Shown here: positions 37,078 through 48,300 of the stretch, in pieces
Layout: each line of letters begins with the position of its first letter
How positions within the stretch are numbered: position 1 is the stretch's first letter
Origin: an uncultured bacterium
Lineage (GTDB): Bacteria > Cyanobacteriota > Vampirovibrionia > Gastranaerophilales > Gastranaerophilaceae
Length of the DNA stretch: 64,000 nucleotides
Direction of reading: 5' to 3'
Assembly (NCBI GenBank): GCA_902777855.1
Contig: CACYVN010000005.1
Location: 6,320 to 70,319, forward strand
Program-made: the position numbers and the translations under genes
Notes under the pieces: generated by a model
What the model was told of the DNA's origin: nothing
Databases searched by the model: none
The model's input: only the letters and a program-made list of their open reading frames with translations

Positions 37078-37635
37078 ATGAAATTAGTTGCAGGATTAGG
37101 CAATATTGGTGAAAAATACACATGGACAAGGCATAATGCAGGGTTTATGGTAGTTGATAAATGGGCAATAAAAAACAATGCTCCGTTTAAAGAAAACAAA
37201 AAACTTCAGTGTTATATAGCAAAATTTCACTACGGATTGAATGAAATTTTACTTATAAAGCCTACGACTTATATGAATTTATCCGGGAATGCAATTTCTG
37301 CTGTTATGAATTATTACAAAATTCCTATCGAAGATTTACTTGTAGTTTATGATGATATTTCAATAGAACTTGATAAAATAAGATTTCGCCCGAATGGTTC
37401 TGATGGCGGGCATAACGGGATTAAATCCATTATAAAAAGCCTTGGGACAACAGAATTTGCACGGCTCAAAATAGGTATCGGACCACAACCGCCTATTCCT
37501 GCAGAAGAATTTGTTTTACAAAATTTTTATAAATATCAGCTTGATAAATTAAAACCTGTACTCAAAACCGCAGTAGAAGGAATTGAATTTTATCTTGACG
37601 AAGGAATGGAGAAAACCCAGAATTTCTACAATTAA
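37078..37635 (+). CDS. pth: Peptidyl-tRNA hydrolase
   Basis: KLVAGLGNIGEKYTWTRHNAGF, ..DDISIELDKIRFRPNGSDGGHNGIKSI. Confidence 0.95.
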   Translation: MKLVAGLGNIGEKYTWTRHNAGFMVVDKWAIKNNAPFKENKKLQCYIAKFHYGLNEILLIKPTTYMNLSGNAISAVMNYYKIPIEDLLVVYDDISIELDKIRFRPNGSDGGHNGIKSIIKSLGTTEFARLKIGIGPQPPIPAEEFVLQNFYKYQLDKLKPVLKTAVEGIEFYLDEGMEKTQNFYN

Positions 37636-37718
37636 TCTAAAGTATTTACTATTTTACAAATTCCCTATTGGTGATATAATTAGAATGCGCATATATTTTA
37701 AATAAGGAGTCGGAATAA

Positions 37719-39119
37719 ATGAGTTTGCAGCTCGCTGAACAATTTGAAGCTAATGAACAGTACGAAGAAGCGTATCGTGAATATAAAAAAGAATTTGAAA
37801 CAAATCCTGATAATATGGGGATATTGGAACGTCTCGGGCACTTATCTTTAATCCTTGACAGACCGGAAGAAGCTGCAACTTATTATCACGAAATTTTAAA
37901 ACGTGACGTTACAAACCCGCTTGCTTACGAACAATTAATGACCATTTATGAAGATACCGATGCTTATAAATACTATGTTTACAGGGGGAACAAAAATTCT
38001 ATTGAGGGCAAACTTGATTTTGCAATAAGTGATTTTAAAAAAGCATTGGGGCTTTGCTCTGACGGGGCACAGGCTGCAATGACCAGATTTACGCTTGCAA
38101 ATCTTTATAAGCAGGCAGGTCAGGATATGAAAGCAATTGATGAGTTTAACATTTTGCTTGAAGGCAGTGATGTTCACGAGGAAATGTTTTTACAGCTTGC
38201 CGATATGTATTTAAAAGACGAAGCTTATTCATCCGCTGTTGATACGCTGATGCGTGCAAAACAAAAAGGGTTTGACACCCCGAAGATTAACGAAGGACTT
38301 GCAGCAGTTTATTTAAAAAGCGGAGATCCGCAAAAAGCAATTGAATTTACAAACGATGAATTGCTGAAGATTCAGTGTATGCTTGAAATTGGTCAAGTAG
38401 AAGAAGCTTATACAAGATTAAACAATTTATCTGAAGAACTAAAAGCAGTTCCGAGATACTTTACATTAAAAGCACAGTATTTCTATTCTGCAAAGAGATT
38501 TGAAGATGCACTTGAATGTATTGATGAATATAACAAACTTTCCCCAAATTCACCGCTCACATATCAAATGAGAGCATTAGTTTATGACGAAAAAGGTGAT
38601 GAATATAATTCTCACCTGAATTGGGGCAGATACAACATTGTAAGAGGAAACTACGATATTGCTATCAATGAATACTTAAATGCCGTACAAATCAAAGACG
38701 ACGATATCGATTTATTATTTGAACTTGCAGCACTCTTAGAAAATAACAAAGAAGTTGACCATGCAAGCGAATATTACGTAAAAATCGTTAAAAAAGATCC
38801 TGCAAACAAAGAGGCTCTGAGAAAACTTGCCGCATACAGAGAAAGTATCGGGGATTATCAGGGGCAGGTAAATTATCTTGAAAAACTCGTTGAAACAGAC
38901 GGCAACGATCTTGATGCGCTCAAAAATTTGGGCAGAGCATACGAAAAAACAAGAGCAAACGGCAAGGCTTTAGAGCTTTATCAGCACTATATCGAAATAG
39001 TTAAAAACCCTGCTGACTATAAAATTATTAAAGATAAGATTGAAAAACTTCAAAACGGCGGTGCAGAAGAAAACTCCGAAGGTTTACTTGATAAGATTAT
39101 GAAACTTTTCGGAAAGTAA
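37719..39119 (+). CDS. Tetratricopeptide repeat (TPR) protein
   Basis: 466 aa of repeated A/Y/L-patterned 34-aa helical pairs (e.g. EEAATYYHEILKRDVTNPLAYEQL, GKALELYQHYIEI). Confidence 0.8.
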   Translation: MSLQLAEQFEANEQYEEAYREYKKEFETNPDNMGILERLGHLSLILDRPEEAATYYHEILKRDVTNPLAYEQLMTIYEDTDAYKYYVYRGNKNSIEGKLDFAISDFKKALGLCSDGAQAAMTRFTLANLYKQAGQDMKAIDEFNILLEGSDVHEEMFLQLADMYLKDEAYSSAVDTLMRAKQKGFDTPKINEGLAAVYLKSGDPQKAIEFTNDELLKIQCMLEIGQVEEAYTRLNNLSEELKAVPRYFTLKAQYFYSAKRFEDALECIDEYNKLSPNSPLTYQMRALVYDEKGDEYNSHLNWGRYNIVRGNYDIAINEYLNAVQIKDDDIDLLFELAALLENNKEVDHASEYYVKIVKKDPANKEALRKLAAYRESIGDYQGQVNYLEKLVETDGNDLDALKNLGRAYEKTRANGKALELYQHYIEIVKNPADYKIIKDKIEKLQNGGAEENSEGLLDKIMKLFGK

Positions 39120-39137
39120 TTAAAGTAAAAGAAAATT

Positions 39138-40616
39138 TTAAATTTCCCCAATAATTTCTGTCTTAAATGATGCCCCGATTTCTTCCTGTGCTATAACTAC
39201 AATATTGTTTATATATAAACTTAATAATGTAAACAATATTTGTCGGTATTCAATGGATACCATGATTTTTGGCTCACAAATTCCGAGCTTCTTTGCTTTT
39301 CGCTTAATTTTATTAGCGAGTTTTTCTGCAAAATCCGCATCAATTTTTATTATCGACGCATCAGAATCATCACACCCTAACATTAACTCCGAATAGGTTT
39401 TGTCAGACAAGTCGAATAAACTTATAGTTTCACCATCTTCATTTGTATATTTTGAACAAATCTGACGCGATAGAGCTATACGAATTTTGTTTATAATATC
39501 AACCTTTGAGCCGTCATCTGCAAAATCATTTATTTTTTCAAAAATATAAGTGATATTTTTAATTGAAACATGTTCTTTTATGAGACAAACCATAATGTAC
39601 TTGATATCAGCGTACCCAAGCACTTCAGGAATAATGTTGTCTATAAGATACGGATTTTCTTTTTCAACAACATCAAGATATTTTTCAATATCTTCATAGT
39701 CAAGCAAATCTTCAACATGCTTTACCGCAATATATTCAAGCGCTTTTGCGATGTATTCTGAAGAAGTCAGACTACTCTGCCAAAAATCTTTTGCCTTGTC
39801 TTTTTCAACCCAGATAACCTTTTTACCTGTTATTTCATCTTCGGCATTTACAGAATTTTTAATTTTATGTTCTGTATGAAGCTCGTCAGCAAAAAACATT
39901 TTGTGTTCGGGATAAACAACTGCTCTGAAAACTTCCATTCCTCTTATTCTTATACTAAACTCACAAGGATTGAGATTTTCATCATCTTTAAATACAACCT
40001 TTGGTATGACATAGCCATATTTTTCTGTCAATTCAAGTCTTGATTTAACAGTCTGAGCAACAAGTTTTTCATCCTCATAACCGTCACGCTCACTGTCCAC
40101 GAACCCCAAAAGTTCTTCACTTAAATATATAGCAAGTTTTTCCTCATGAAGTTTTGAGTACATCAAATCAGGAGAGGTCGCTTTATTTAATTCTCCTTTT
40201 AAATCGTCCAAAGCCTTCAAACCTGAGGAGATTTTATCATTAAGTTTTTTTCGTGACACCGGAGCTTCACCATCAAGCTGAGCCTTAACCTGATTAATTT
40301 CATCACGTTTTTGCTTAATCTTTGATTGAATTTCAAGGCATTTTTCATATTCGGTCATTTTTGGAGAAAGCATTTTTTCCATCTGGCTTTTAAAATCCGA
40401 AATATTTATAATATCGTCAGAAGTAACTGCCGATTTCGCTTCACGCATAAATATACAGTTTAATTGCGCATTTTCATCTTCTTCCCCGCCGACTTCAGTC
40501 ATACTATAAAGTTCCCAGCCTTTCATCGACATTTCGTTAAGAAGATTCTGCAACTCCTGTGCATTATCAGCAGGACATGTTTTTATGACATATTCCATTC
40601 TGTTTTTACCGAACAT
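39138..40616 (-). CDS. Soluble protein: DUF4177-like N-terminus, coiled coil, FlhA/FHIPEP cytoplasmic (C-terminal) domain-like region
   Basis: N-terminus YVIKTCPADNAQELQNLLNEMSMKGWELYSM. Residues from about 170 to 490 align by eye with FlhA-C. The matching segments are LELTEKYGYVIPKVVFKDDENLNPCEFSIRIRGMEVFRAVV, VIWVEKDKA, HVEDLLDYEDIEKYLDVV, ADIKYIMVCLIKEHVSIKNITYIFEKI and EYRQILFTLL. No TM export-gate domain. Confidence 0.6.
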   Translation of the reverse strand: MFGKNRMEYVIKTCPADNAQELQNLLNEMSMKGWELYSMTEVGGEEDENAQLNCIFMREAKSAVTSDDIINISDFKSQMEKMLSPKMTEYEKCLEIQSKIKQKRDEINQVKAQLDGEAPVSRKKLNDKISSGLKALDDLKGELNKATSPDLMYSKLHEEKLAIYLSEELLGFVDSERDGYEDEKLVAQTVKSRLELTEKYGYVIPKVVFKDDENLNPCEFSIRIRGMEVFRAVVYPEHKMFFADELHTEHKIKNSVNAEDEITGKKVIWVEKDKAKDFWQSSLTSSEYIAKALEYIAVKHVEDLLDYEDIEKYLDVVEKENPYLIDNIIPEVLGYADIKYIMVCLIKEHVSIKNITYIFEKINDFADDGSKVDIINKIRIALSRQICSKYTNEDGETISLFDLSDKTYSELMLGCDDSDASIIKIDADFAEKLANKIKRKAKKLGICEPKIMVSIEYRQILFTLLSLYINNIVVIAQEEIGASFKTEIIGEI

Positions 40617-40621
40617 AATAT

Positions 40622-41380
40622 TTATCCTTTTAAAATTTTAATTGCCTCAATAGCTGTTTTTATTGCTTTTTCAGTATCGTGTACTACCGGATTTTCAAGT
40701 CCTGCTTTATCTCTTTCCTGATTTGCAACAACAAGGAAAACAGAACCGATTTTCACATGAAGATAACTTGCAACAACAAACAGTGCCGCAGATTCCATTT
40801 CAGAAGCCAAACACCCTAAACGTTTCCATGCTTCCCATTTATTCAGGAGTTCATTTGAAACCGGCATAATTTGCGGAGAATGTTGTCCGTAAAAAGAATC
40901 CTTACACTGAACAATCCCGGCATGATAGTTATAACTTAATTTTTTTGCAGATTCTACAAGAGCATTAACTACATCAAGATTTGCGACCGCAGGAAATTCA
41001 ATCGGAGCGTATTCTTTGCTTGTACCTTCCGCACGAACTGCACCTGTCGCAATAACAATATCTCCGCCTTTAACGTTTGTATCAATACCGCCGCATGTGC
41101 CTACACGAATAAATGTCTGAGCTCCTGCTTTAACAAGCTCCTCAAGAGCAATAGCTGCAGAAGGACCACCTATACCGGTTGATGTTACACTAACCTTTTC
41201 TCCATTCAAGAATCCTGTATAAGTAACAAATTCGCGACTATCAGCAATTTTTACCGGATTATCAAAAAACTGAGCTATTTTTTCACAACGTTTCGGATCC
41301 CCGGGTAATATTACATACCTGCCGACATCCCCTTCTTTTAATCCTATATGATACTGTCTGCCATCCTTCGTATAATTCAT
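40622..41380 (-). CDS. udp: Uridine phosphorylase (PNP/UDP family 1)
   Basis: [38 protein letters not shown]. 252 aa. Confidence 0.85.
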   Translation of the reverse strand: MNYTKDGRQYHIGLKEGDVGRYVILPGDPKRCEKIAQFFDNPVKIADSREFVTYTGFLNGEKVSVTSTGIGGPSAAIALEELVKAGAQTFIRVGTCGGIDTNVKGGDIVIATGAVRAEGTSKEYAPIEFPAVANLDVVNALVESAKKLSYNYHAGIVQCKDSFYGQHSPQIMPVSNELLNKWEAWKRLGCLASEMESAALFVVASYLHVKIGSVFLVVANQERDKAGLENPVVHDTEKAIKTAIEAIKILKG

Positions 41381-41388
41381 CAGGTTTA

Positions 41389-41838
41389 TTATTGTCCTTT
41401 CAGCTTAGATATAACTTGATCCGTTACATCTACACCCCCTACAAATACAACCTGATCTGACAAAATAGCATCGAGTCTTTGAGCTACCATAATTGATTTT
41501 GCAACAGTTTGAATTTGGTTTAAAATCTGCGCTTCTTTATCTCTTTGCAATTTCATTAATGCTTCCTGTTTAGATTTTAAAGTATTAGCAGCCTGTGTTT
41601 CAAAGTTTTGTTTTTGCAAAGGAGTCGACAGGTTTTTGTACTGTTTTTCCTGTTCTAATACATACTGCTGAAGCTCAAGAGTTTTTGCATCGATTTCTTT
41701 AACAGCAGCCTGCGCAGCAGGATAGCTTTCCAATACTCTCTGATAATCAATATATCCAACTTCTGCATTAGCACTGTTTGCACAAAATAAAACAATACCT
41801 GCACTCATAAATAAAGCCATTAATTTCAAATTTTTCAT
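41389..41838 (-). CDS. skp: OmpH/Skp-family periplasmic chaperone
   Basis: Signal peptide, Q/K/E-rich coiled-coil body, position directly downstream of bamA. Confidence 0.75.
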   Translation of the reverse strand: MKNLKLMALFMSAGIVLFCANSANAEVGYIDYQRVLESYPAAQAAVKEIDAKTLELQQYVLEQEKQYKNLSTPLQKQNFETQAANTLKSKQEALMKLQRDKEAQILNQIQTVAKSIMVAQRLDAILSDQVVFVGGVDVTDQVISKLKGQ

Positions 41839-41902
41839 ACAACCTCCTGTAATTTATATTTAATTATTATAATATTTTGTTTTAAATTTTCAAGTCTGAG
41901 AT

Positions 41903-43921
41903 TTAGTACATCAAATCGCCGACACCAAACGAGAAATATCCGCTGCTTGAAGTGTTGCGACCTGTACGGGTAAGGGGAATACCATAGTCAATTGATAAAG
42001 GTCCCATGCCCGGAATAAATACTTTTAACCCAACACCTGCTGACACTGCATACATCGGTCTATCATAAATTATATCAGAAACCGTTCCGTTAAATACTTT
42101 ACCTGCATCAACCCACATTGTAAATCTTAAATTGTTCAGGAAAGCAATTCTTGTTCTGTCCATAAACGGGATAGGAGTAGCGAATTCGGCAGAACCCATA
42201 ATAAATGCGTTACCTGTACCAACTGCACTCATTTTGAAACCTCTGATAGTGTACGGACCACCTAAACGGTATGCCATAACTTCAGGAATATGCCCATGAA
42301 TTGCACCTCCGCCTTTAACAGTCAAAGAGAACGAAGATTTCTTTGCAACCGGGATGTACTGCTTAATCATACCCGTAAGCTTGCCGTTTGTCTTATCAAA
42401 ACCGTTCAGACCGATACTTTCATCAAATCTCAGGCTTGCCATTGTACCATGGCGGGTAATTGTCGCAGAATCTCTTGTATCATACATCAAGGCAGGACTC
42501 AAAGTCAGGAACAATCCGCCTTCAAGTTGTTTTGCTCTTTTTGATAACGGTATATTGTATGCACGATAAAGGCTTTCTATTTTCTTTCTGTTACCTTCTT
42601 TCACATTAATATTTTCAGCTCCCAAGCCAAAAGTCGCTGTGGCATGACGATTCTTTTTAAATTTATGAGCAACAGTAAATTCGCCGCCAAATCTTTGTTC
42701 AATAGCCATCGGAACCTGATATGAACCAAAATCTCTGAAGAACAATCTTGTATTTAATGACGTATCGGAATTAAAGAAATAAGGTTTGAAATAACTCAGT
42801 TCAGCCTGCAAATTCATGTGATTTACGACAGAATTATCGTTCATAATAACACCAGTACCTGCTAAACCTGTTAAGGAAATTCTTTCGGCTCTGCCTCTGA
42901 AATTATTTTCAGAAATACCTAAAGATCCGAATAAACCTGTTGCAGTATCCAAACCGCCACCGACTGATACGCTTGCTGTTCTTTGTTCCTTGATTCGGAT
43001 GGTTATATCATACGCATCTTCAATATCTTCACTCGGTTCAATTTCTCTTGTTACATCTTTAAAGGCCTGAGTAGCATACAAACGAACAAGGTCTTCTTTA
43101 ACCATATTTTCGTTATAAACCATGCCCGGTTCGGTCAAAATATTTCTGGCAATGACATAATCTTTAGTTTTTTCATTACCTTCAATCATGATTTTATCTA
43201 TTATGCCCTCTTTAATAACGACATTGATTGTTCCGTCAGGGTCATCCGTTACAGAAGCAATTCTTGCAAGGATATAGCCTTTTTGCATGTACAAATCCTG
43301 GATTTTAGTAATCGCTTCATTGAGTTTTGAAATATTTTGCGGCTTACCTTTCATTTCTTCCAGCTGATTTAAAATATCTTCTGTAGAAATTACGGTATTG
43401 CCATCAATGGTAAAGTCTTTAACAGGTAAATTTTCTTCTACAATAATTTTTACGGTAACAGTTCCGTCATCATTATTTGTCGGCACAGCTTTCATTCTTT
43501 CCGAAAAATAACCGGTTTCGTAGATTGTTTTTAAATCATCCTGCATATCAGAGCGACTGTATTCCGCACCGACTTTCATTTTCATTTGGGATAAAAGTTC
43601 ATCCTGCGGGAGAGAATTCAGACCAAAAAACTCAATATTTTTGATAGTTCTGTTTTCTTTATCAGATACGAGAGAAGTTGATGCTGATGCAGAAGTTACA
43701 GACGGAGCAGAAGTCTGAGTTTCCCGTAGTTGGGGAGTCGATTCATCAGGTTTCACTGTAGAAGAATCAAAGATGGTATTTGAAGATGCATTTTGTTTGA
43801 CAGCATCCTCGGTTATGCCCATGCTTGAACCCCAAACATCGTCTATACAAAACGCAGGCATCTGTGCCAGCGAAACTATAACTACGGTCAGTAATATCTT
43901 TTTCAGTGAATTAAAATTCAA
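41903..43921 (-). CDS. bamA: Outer membrane protein assembly factor BamA (POTRA repeats plus Omp85 barrel)
   Basis: Signal peptide. POTRA-like repeats (IKNIEFFGLNS.., VKDFTIDGNTVIS.., IDKIMIEGNEKTKD..). C-terminal beta-barrel ending in an aromatic residue. Confidence 0.9.
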   Translation of the reverse strand: MNFNSLKKILLTVVIVSLAQMPAFCIDDVWGSSMGITEDAVKQNASSNTIFDSSTVKPDESTPQLRETQTSAPSVTSASASTSLVSDKENRTIKNIEFFGLNSLPQDELLSQMKMKVGAEYSRSDMQDDLKTIYETGYFSERMKAVPTNNDDGTVTVKIIVEENLPVKDFTIDGNTVISTEDILNQLEEMKGKPQNISKLNEAITKIQDLYMQKGYILARIASVTDDPDGTINVVIKEGIIDKIMIEGNEKTKDYVIARNILTEPGMVYNENMVKEDLVRLYATQAFKDVTREIEPSEDIEDAYDITIRIKEQRTASVSVGGGLDTATGLFGSLGISENNFRGRAERISLTGLAGTGVIMNDNSVVNHMNLQAELSYFKPYFFNSDTSLNTRLFFRDFGSYQVPMAIEQRFGGEFTVAHKFKKNRHATATFGLGAENINVKEGNRKKIESLYRAYNIPLSKRAKQLEGGLFLTLSPALMYDTRDSATITRHGTMASLRFDESIGLNGFDKTNGKLTGMIKQYIPVAKKSSFSLTVKGGGAIHGHIPEVMAYRLGGPYTIRGFKMSAVGTGNAFIMGSAEFATPIPFMDRTRIAFLNNLRFTMWVDAGKVFNGTVSDIIYDRPMYAVSAGVGLKVFIPGMGPLSIDYGIPLTRTGRNTSSSGYFSFGVGDLMY

Positions 43922-44002
43922 AAATACATTCCCTTAAAACTATCAACTTCTCTCCACTAAAATTTTAGCATGAATTTGCAAAAAAAGTAAAATATTTTAC
44001 AA

Positions 44003-44815
44003 CTATTTACCAATAGAAATTCTATACACATTATTTTTGTTATAACCGTATAATTCGGACAGAATAACTGAAATATCTTTAGGGCTAAAACCTTTATCTT
44101 TCAACAATTTTACTTTTTTCTGAACATCATAATCTTCACACATATCATCATTTGCAAAAACCATCACAACAAATTCTCCTTTGGGCTGGTTATTTTCAAA
44201 ATGTGCAATAATATTATCGATTTTATCAACCAAAATTTCTTCAAACATTTTTGTAAGCTCACGCCCGATGGCAATTTGAGCATTTCCCCGCACTGATTTT
44301 ATAATGCCTAAAGTCTGCAAAATCCTGTTTGGGGACTCATAAAAAATAAAATTTTTATCTTCATAATCCGTTACAAGTTTTTGAATTTTTTGCTCAGTTT
44401 TAGGCAAAAATCCGACGAAAGAAAATTTTTCATCCTCTCTTGAAATTTGTGACAGAAAAGTTACGACCGCATTAGCTCCCGGCAGGGCAGTAACACAAAA
44501 GCCTCTGCTTTTTAATTCTTTTACGATAATACTTCCGGGATCGCAAATTAAAGGAGTTCCCGCATCGGATACAAGAGCCATTTTTTGACCGGACTCAAGA
44601 GTTTTTATAATTTGTTCAACTCTCTCTTTTTCATTGTACTTGTGATAAGAAAGACATTTTGTTCTTATATCAAAATGATTGAGGAGTTTTTGAGTAACCC
44701 GTGAATCTTCGCATGCGATTAAATCAACGGATTTTAAAACCTCAATCGCTCTTAAAGTAATATCACCCAAATTCCCGATAGGAGTCGGAACAATATAAAA
44801 ATCGTATTCTTTCAT
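44003..44815 (-). CDS. rsmI: 16S rRNA (cytidine1402-2'-O)-methyltransferase
   Basis: YIVPTPIGNLGDITLRAIEVLKSVDLIACEDSR, SDAGTPLICDPG. Confidence 0.93.
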   Translation of the reverse strand: MKEYDFYIVPTPIGNLGDITLRAIEVLKSVDLIACEDSRVTQKLLNHFDIRTKCLSYHKYNEKERVEQIIKTLESGQKMALVSDAGTPLICDPGSIIVKELKSRGFCVTALPGANAVVTFLSQISREDEKFSFVGFLPKTEQKIQKLVTDYEDKNFIFYESPNRILQTLGIIKSVRGNAQIAIGRELTKMFEEILVDKIDNIIAHFENNQPKGEFVVMVFANDDMCEDYDVQKKVKLLKDKGFSPKDISVILSELYGYNKNNVYRISIGK

Positions 44816-45030
44816 AACCGTATTTTAGCATAAAATCAAATTTTTCGCCGAATGGCTCACTACTATAGAGTAGTGACGATTTAGAGGAATTTTCAAAATT
44901 TGAAATGTAATTTATAATTTTAATAATAAGCATAAGCAAGTGTAATTTATTACAGCGTTTGATACAAAATGAAAGCGAGGCTTATGAAGAAACTAAATTA
45001 AGATAATTATATAGCAGTTGCCGCAACATG

Positions 45031-45122
45031 GCATTGCGAGCCCATCATGGTGTGGCAATCCGGCTATTTGTTAACATGATACGGATTGCTTCATCGGCAA
45101 TCCCTTACCTCCTCGCAATGAC
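45031..45122. repeat. Palindromic CATTGCGAG...CTCGCAATG mini-repeat (REP/MITE-like)
   Basis: cattgcgagcccatcatggtgtggcaatcc...ggattgcttcatcggcaatccc..ctcgcaatgac. Terminal 9-bp inverted repeats and internal gcaatcc/ggattgc pairs. GC-richer than the flanks. Confidence 0.7.
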
Positions 45123-45210
45123 AGATTGCGGAGGGATTTATGTAAATTTCTACACCCGCTCTGACGGGACGAAAGTAAGCGGTTACTACCGTTCAAAACC
45201 AAAATATTAA
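45118..45210 (+). CDS. Possible 30-aa peptide with YxRxDGTxVxGYYR motif
   Basis: The ATG lies inside the right arm of the repeat. MTDCGGIYVNFYTRSDGTKVSGYYRSKPKY. The longer 45028 ORF in the track is translated through the repeat and is probably an artefact upstream of this Met. Confidence 0.3.
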   Translation: MTDCGGIYVNFYTRSDGTKVSGYYRSKPKY

Positions 45211-45305
45211 CTGTAAATTTTACGTTACATTATTCCAAAATTTTTAAAGTTTTTCCATGCTTTATACGAATATATTTTTATATTCGTATTTTTTAAGGAA
45301 CTTTA

Positions 45306-48300
45306 ATGAGCTCAAATTTCGGATTTAATATCGGAAAATCAAATCCTAAAACTTTGGACAACAACGCTTCTACGCTTAAAGGAGGCGTAAGGAAAGAATC
45401 TGTTGACCAAAAATTTCATTCGATTTTTGATAAGGTAGACAGAGATAAAAACGGGATTTTAGATGATGCGGAATTAGCAAATTTCAAATCGGAAATTGAT
45501 ACAAATAACAATGGCAATATCGAGAAAAAAGAATCTAAAAATTACATAAAAAATAATAATTTGACATATACAAATGATAAGGGGAAACAAAAAGAATTAT
45601 CAGGCGAAGATTTGAACCAATTTCTTGACAGCTTGGCACAAAATGTTGACAAGGCAAATATTAAATCGGCAACAAAAGGAGAAGTTGACGGTAAAAGTGC
45701 GGTCACTATTACAAAAAATGACGGCAGTCAGGAGATTATTTTTGATGATAAAAATGAGCCGTCAAGATTTGTCAAAACAGACCCTCAGACCGGAGAAACA
45801 AAAACACAATTTGTTAAAGACGGCAAAGTTTTGAAAGAAGAAACAGAAAGCCAAAACGGCGACAGAACTGCGACTGAATTTGGCGATAACGGCAAACCGC
45901 TTCAATCAACAACTTTAAAACAAGAAAACGGCGAAACTTCTGTCACAAATTACACAGATGGTGTGCCGACATCAAAGGACATTACAAAGGGTACAACACA
46001 AAAACATTATTCCATTGACCAAAACGGAAATGAAATACTTGAAACTGAAGTTCAGGATATGGGCGGAGGAATGAAGAAAACATCAACCCATACATATGAT
46101 GGCAATACAGAAACAATTGCAACAAGCAACCCTGACGGAAGTAATATTGTAAAAACAAAAATAGACGGTAAATTAGCTCAAACCGTTGAAACAAAAGCCG
46201 GAGAGACAATAATTACAAACTATAATGAGGATGGCTCTAAAGTTGAAACAAAACAGAAAGACAATGTTACAACCACAACATCATTAAATGCGGATGAACA
46301 CAGAACGGAACAAACACAAATTGTTAACGGTAAAGCTCATACCGTCAAATATGACGGAAAAGGTAACACTCAAATAGTTGTCCGTGCAGGGGATTCATTG
46401 GAGCAAATTGCTGCATATATGAACAAAAACAGCGGTCAAAAAGTTACTGTTGAAGATTTGAAAAAGTTAAATCCAAAAGTTAATAATGATAATATTCAGG
46501 CGGGACAAATGATAACAGTACCCGGGGAATACGATGCGGCAAGCAAAATTGTTGTGAGCCGAGGTACTCAGGCTGAACAAAAAGCTAAAGGGGATGCAGC
46601 AGAAACGAGATTGAACCAGAAACTCTCAAAACTTGATCAGACATATCAAACGGAAGCAACATCATCAAATTATGCCGACATTGCAAAACAAATTCTTGAA
46701 GAAGCAGGAGAAAAACCTAATGAACAACTGGTTAAAAAATTAACAAAACAAATATCCGAAATGAACGGCAACAGACAAATCAAAGCCGGAGATAAGATTT
46801 TTGTACCTATGACTGAAGATACACTGAGAAAAACCATTAACAAAGAACAAGATTTCAGCATTAACTGGGGTGCAGAAGAACCAATTGCAAATGAATTTTA
46901 TGAAGCTATAAAAGGTGTTGGTACAGATACAAAAAAATTAGATAAATTAATTTTAGATCCTGATTCAGAATTTTGCCAGGAAAATGTTGCAGGAGTTTTG
47001 ATATCTTACAGTACAAAACACCCCAAAGAAGGACTTTTAGAAGGGATCTCAGACGAAGTAGGTCTCACACAAAATGACAGACTGAAATACATTAACGGAA
47101 TTTACAATAAACTTGAAGCCCGTGCAAAGGAATTGGGTATAGATACAAAAGAATACAGAACAAAATGGGATCAAATAGATAAAACTAAGCTTAACAATAG
47201 TGAAATGGATAAAATAGCAATTGAATTATCCCAACATTGTATTTCATATGAGCGAATGAGCACAAAATATGAACAATTCAAAATAAAATCACGTCCCAAC
47301 GAAGAAAATTATAAAATGACCACAAATGTATTGCAAGACCGATTGAACCAGGCAAAGAAATCATTTGTTGCACAACAAAAATATGACGGTTGGGCAGGTC
47401 GTGTCGCAGACTCGTTCGGAAAGAACTTTAATATAAAAGAACGTAATTATAAAGAAGCCGTTATTCAGGATATGAAACAAAGCCAAAGAATAATTAATAT
47501 TTTGGATTTGTCAACAAAAACAGGAGTAGATGGCGACTTTGAAAGAGCATTTAAAGAACAATTCGGAGTTGAATATAATCCGGTGATGGTTGATAATTAC
47601 AAAAAACTTGCAGACAAACAGGCAGAAGTTGAAATGTATCATGCAATGTCGGAAACATTTAATAAAGATTTGGGATATTTAGTTGAAAATACCCATAAAG
47701 AAATGCGGGGAGAAATATCATTAAATCAAACCTATACTAATATGGGAGAAATAAATGCATACAATAAATTGTCCGAATTTTTCGGAGGCGGAGATGTAAA
47801 AGAAGGAAAAAAACTGCTTGATACAAGACTGAAAGATATGGGGGTACCACAAAAAGTGTCTAAATGGAGAGCAATGCATCTTATGGCTGAAGAAATTTCA
47901 AGTGACCTGGAAATGAAATCCAGTCCGGGCTTTGGAAGTTATGCAGAATACAAAACTCAATTAAATGTTGCATACAAAAATGCCTTTGGGACAAATCAAA
48001 ATAGTGACATATTAAAAAGAGTTGAAGATTATAATACATCACAGATGGTAGGAGCAAGTGTCGTTAAAACCGCCGCTAAAACAGTAGCAATCGCAGGCAC
48101 TGCAGTAGCGGTAGTTGCATCAGGAGGAACGGCAACACCACTTGTAGTCGCAGGTACAACATTTGCTGCAGGCACAGCGGTTGATGCATCAGATGTTTTA
48201 ACCTCAGAATCAAGGAAATTAGACGGTGCAGAAATAAGTAATATATTAAAAGATGCAGGTATAGATGCAGCTATGACATTTGCAGGCGGTCAATTAGGGG

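Noticed and set aside
45028-45117. N-terminal half of the 60-aa ORF 45028-45210.
   Set aside because: This part is a translation of the palindromic repeat (..ALRAHHGVAI..PYLLAMT..), a typical mis-annotation. Only the distal 30 codons are kept as a weak candidate.
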